DNA of 64,000 bases from Pseudonocardia sp. (GTDB lineage: Bacteria; Actinomycetota; Actinomycetes; Mycobacteriales; Pseudonocardiaceae): the NCBI GenBank assembly GCA_036272155.1, contig DATAZG010000057.1, positions 2,547 to 66,546 on the forward strand. Direction: 5' to 3'. Below are positions 61,400 to 64,000 of the stretch, in pieces. Positions within the stretch are counted from its first letter, which is position 1; each line of letters starts with the position of its first letter. Below the pieces are notes generated by a model. The model ran no database searches, was not told the DNA's origin, and saw only the letters and a program-made list of their open reading frames with translations. The position numbers were made by a program, and so were the translations under genes.

Positions 61400-62233
61400 T
61401 CAGAGCACCAACTTTCGCTCGCTGGGTTCGAGGTTGTCGTAGTTCCACAACTTGCGGCCGCAGACGAACTTGCGGAACCGCTCGGGGGCCGGGATGCCGT
61501 AGATGCCGAGCTTGCGGTCGATCAGCTCCTGGTCGGCCTCGGTGAACTCGGCCTCTACGCAGTCCACGCCGAGCGCGGCGACCTCGCCGCCGACGTAGAT
61601 CGCGCCGTCGTACATCGAGTCGCCCAGCCCGGGGCCCACGTTGCCGAGGATGATCTGCCGGCCGCGCTGCATCATGAACCCGGTCATCGAGCCCGCGTTG
61701 CCGCCGACGATGATCGTGCCGCCCTTCTGGTCGATGCCGGTGCGGGCGCCGACGTGCCCTCGGACGACCAGGTCGCCGCCCCGCAGCGCCGCCCCGGTCA
61801 GCGAGCCGGCGTTCTTGTCGATCACCACGACGCCGGACATCATGTTCTCCGCGACCGACCAGCCGACTCGCCCGGTGATCCGGATCTCCGGGCCGTCGAT
61901 CAGCCCAACGCCGAAGTAGCCGAGGCTGCCGTCGATGGTCAGCCGGCAGCGGGTGAGCAGGCCGACCGCGACCGAGTGCTTGGCCCCCGGGTTGCGCACG
62001 GTGACCTCGGTGATGCCCTCGGTGTAGAGCAGCCGGCGCAGCTCCAGGTTGATCCGCCTCGGGGTCAGCTCGGCGGCGTCGAACTCGGCGGACGAGCCGG
62101 TGACCACGGCGGTCATCGGCGCGGTGGCGTCCGGCTCGGCCAGGCCCCGGTGGTCCACCGCGCGTGCCGTCGGCAGGTCCGGGGTGTGGCCGTTCATCCG
62201 GGTGCCGGGCGGTGGCGCCGTCACCTGCTCCAT
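61400..62233 (-). CDS. mgsB: GXGXG-domain protein (N-methylglutamate synthase B-like)
   Basis: NPGAKHSVAVG, AENMMSG, GARTGIDQKGG, GDSMYDG. Confidence 0.8.
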   Translation of the reverse strand: MEQVTAPPPGTRMNGHTPDLPTARAVDHRGLAEPDATAPMTAVVTGSSAEFDAAELTPRRINLELRRLLYTEGITEVTVRNPGAKHSVAVGLLTRCRLTIDGSLGYFGVGLIDGPEIRITGRVGWSVAENMMSGVVVIDKNAGSLTGAALRGGDLVVRGHVGARTGIDQKGGTIIVGGNAGSMTGFMMQRGRQIILGNVGPGLGDSMYDGAIYVGGEVAALGVDCVEAEFTEADQELIDRKLGIYGIPAPERFRKFVCGRKLWNYDNLEPSERKLVL

Positions 62234-63150
62234 ACCAGCACCTCACGCTCGTAGGGGTCGTACGTGTCGATCTCCCGGTTGACGATGGCCCGGATCGCGA
62301 CCTCCTCGGACGCCATCGCCACGAGGTCGTCCGACTCGTAGAGCACCAGTGGCTTGGCGGCCATCTCGTCCTTGGCCACGCCGAGCTGGTTCTCGGTCAC
62401 GACGAGGTAGGTGAACACGCCGTCCAGGTCGTCCAGGCTCTGCTTCATCGCGGTCTCCAGCGACAGCCCGTCGGACATCCGCTGCGCGATGTACACGGCG
62501 ATGATCTCCGAGTCGCACTCCGACTGGAACCGGTGGCCGAGCCGCTCCAGGCGCCGCCGCCACTGGTGGTAGTTCGTGAGCTGGCCGTTGTGCACGACGG
62601 CCACGTCGGAGAACGGGTAGGCCCAGTACGGGTGCGCGCCGGCGATGTCCACATCGGACTCGGTGGCCATCCGGACGTGGCCGATGGCGTGGGTGCCCCG
62701 GAACGAGCCGAGCCGGTACTGGGCGGCCACCGTCTCGGCGTCGCCCAGGTCCTTGACGATCTCCAGGGAGTGTCCGAGGGAGAGCACCTCGGCGCCCGGT
62801 ACGTCCTCCACGAAGTCGGCCAGTGGCTTGAGCTCGCCCTCGTAGCGGAACGTGGCGCGGTAGGCGTACTCCGACTCGCCCTGCACCCGGTCGATCGTGG
62901 CGCCCAGCTTGGCCAGCCGGGACTCCACCTCGCGGCGGCTGCGTTCCAGCCGCTCGTTGAAGTCGAAGTCGCGGTGGTCGGTCGGGTCGGCGAGGGTGAA
63001 CCGCATGACGGTCAGGTCGCCGGGCGGCCCGTAGAGCGCGAAGCCGGTCGAGTCCGGGCCCCGGTGCCGCATCGCGTGCAGCATGCGGGTCATGTCGCTA
63101 CCGAGCTCGCCGTCCCGTCCTCGGTAGATGATGCCGGCGATACCGCACAT
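62221..63150 (-). CDS. mgsA: Class II glutamine amidotransferase (N-methylglutamate synthase A-like)
   Basis: MCGIAG, HRGPDSTG, GHVRMATES, HNGQLTN. Confidence 0.82.
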   Translation of the reverse strand: MCGIAGIIYRGRDGELGSDMTRMLHAMRHRGPDSTGFALYGPPGDLTVMRFTLADPTDHRDFDFNERLERSRREVESRLAKLGATIDRVQGESEYAYRATFRYEGELKPLADFVEDVPGAEVLSLGHSLEIVKDLGDAETVAAQYRLGSFRGTHAIGHVRMATESDVDIAGAHPYWAYPFSDVAVVHNGQLTNYHQWRRRLERLGHRFQSECDSEIIAVYIAQRMSDGLSLETAMKQSLDDLDGVFTYLVVTENQLGVAKDEMAAKPLVLYESDDLVAMASEEVAIRAIVNREIDTYDPYEREVLVWSR

Positions 63151-63207
63151 CGGCGGTGGCTCCCTTCAGTGGTGGGTACTGCTCGTCAGAACGGCGCCAC
63201 GCCCCGG

Positions 63208-64000
63208 CTAGGGCAGGATGTCCAGGTACTCCTTGACGTCCCAGTCGGTGACGGTGGCGCAGAAGCGCTCCCACTCGTCGCGCTTGTAGTGGCTGAACAC
63301 CGTGTACATCTCGCCCGGCAGGGCCTCCCGGATGACGTCGTCGGCCTCCAGCGCGGTGAGCGCCTCGCCGAGCGTCATCGGGATCTTGCGGACCTCCTTG
63401 CCGCTGGCCATCGCCTCGTAGATGTTGCGTTCCTCGGGCGGCCCGGGGTCCAGGTTGCGCTGGATGCCGTCGCCCATGGCCTTGAGTAGCCCGGCCATCG
63501 ACAGGTACGGGTTCACCGAGGAGTCCACCGAGCGGTACTCGAACCGGTCCGGCGAGCTGACCCGCAGCGCGGTGGTCCGGTTCTGGTAGCCCCAGTCCGC
63601 GTACAGCGGGGCCCAGAACCCGGTGTCCCACATCCGCCGGTAGGAGTTCACCGTCGGCGAGGTCAGGCAGGTCAGCGCGTCGAGGTGGGTGAGCACCCCG
63701 CCGATCGCGGCCAGCCCGAGCTTGCTGGGCATCCGGGGGTTGTCGCCCTCGGGTGGGAAGGCGTTGGTCGCGCTGTCCCCGTCGCCCTGCCACAGCGAGA
63801 TGTTGTGGTGGCAGCCGTTGGCCGAGACGCCCATGAACGGCTTGGGCATGAAGCACGGGAACAGGCCCTGCTCCCGGCCCACCTGGCGGCAGATCTGCCG
63901 GTAGGTGGTGAGCCGGTCGGCGGTGGCCTCGGCCCGGTCGAACTGCCAGTTCAGCTCGAGCTGGCCGGGGGCGTCCTCGTGGTCGCCCTGGATCATGTCC
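63208..64000 (-). CDS. Glutamine-synthetase-like, probable gamma-glutamylmethylamide synthetase (5' end outside window)
   Basis: DHEDAPGQLELN, FMPKP, NGCHHN, PTVNSYRR, NRT, EYR; upstream of mgsABC. Confidence 0.78.
   Translation of the reverse strand, partial: DMIQGDHEDAPGQLELNWQFDRAEATADRLTTYRQICRQVGREQGLFPCFMPKPFMGVSANGCHHNISLWQGDGDSATNAFPPEGDNPRMPSKLGLAAIGGVLTHLDALTCLTSPTVNSYRRMWDTGFWAPLYADWGYQNRTTALRVSSPDRFEYRSVDSSVNPYLSMAGLLKAMGDGIQRNLDPGPPEERNIYEAMASGKEVRKIPMTLGEALTALEADDVIREALPGEMYTVFSHYKRDEWERFCATVTDWDVKEYLDILP

Overview
High-GC actinobacterial chromosome segment; gene order and repeat content suggest Pseudonocardiaceae (inference). It contains a sulfate-assimilation region (sir, Zn-ribbon gene, cysHDN, sirB; Rrf2; tauE plus ABC transporter), the conserved hemW-hrcA-dnaJ-rsmE-phoH-ybeY-era-recO-uppS-zur/smtB-glyQS-dgt backbone with accessory genes inserted, and at the right end a GT4/ugd pair and an N-methylglutamate (gmaS-mgsABC-like) cluster. 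Best candidate for an undescribed system (27117-29602): an unannotated 36-aa peptide gene (MAEQDVLLLGVEEDTVVARRETNGDNDGGDRHSDFV, strong RBS, 3' hairpin) directly upstream of a JmjC/cupin-4 Fe/2OG oxygenase. It is divergent from an Apd1-like sucrase-ferredoxin gene whose start abuts an IdeR/DmdR1 iron box, so it may be an iron-linked RiPP locus. Also found: a ~75-80 bp repeat sitting at GTG start codons that forms translationally coupled mini-ORFs; two genes apparently starting at CTG in CTGA overlaps; two Cys leader peptides; a SoxR-type promoter; and several REP-like families. All calls are by eye; no searches were run.
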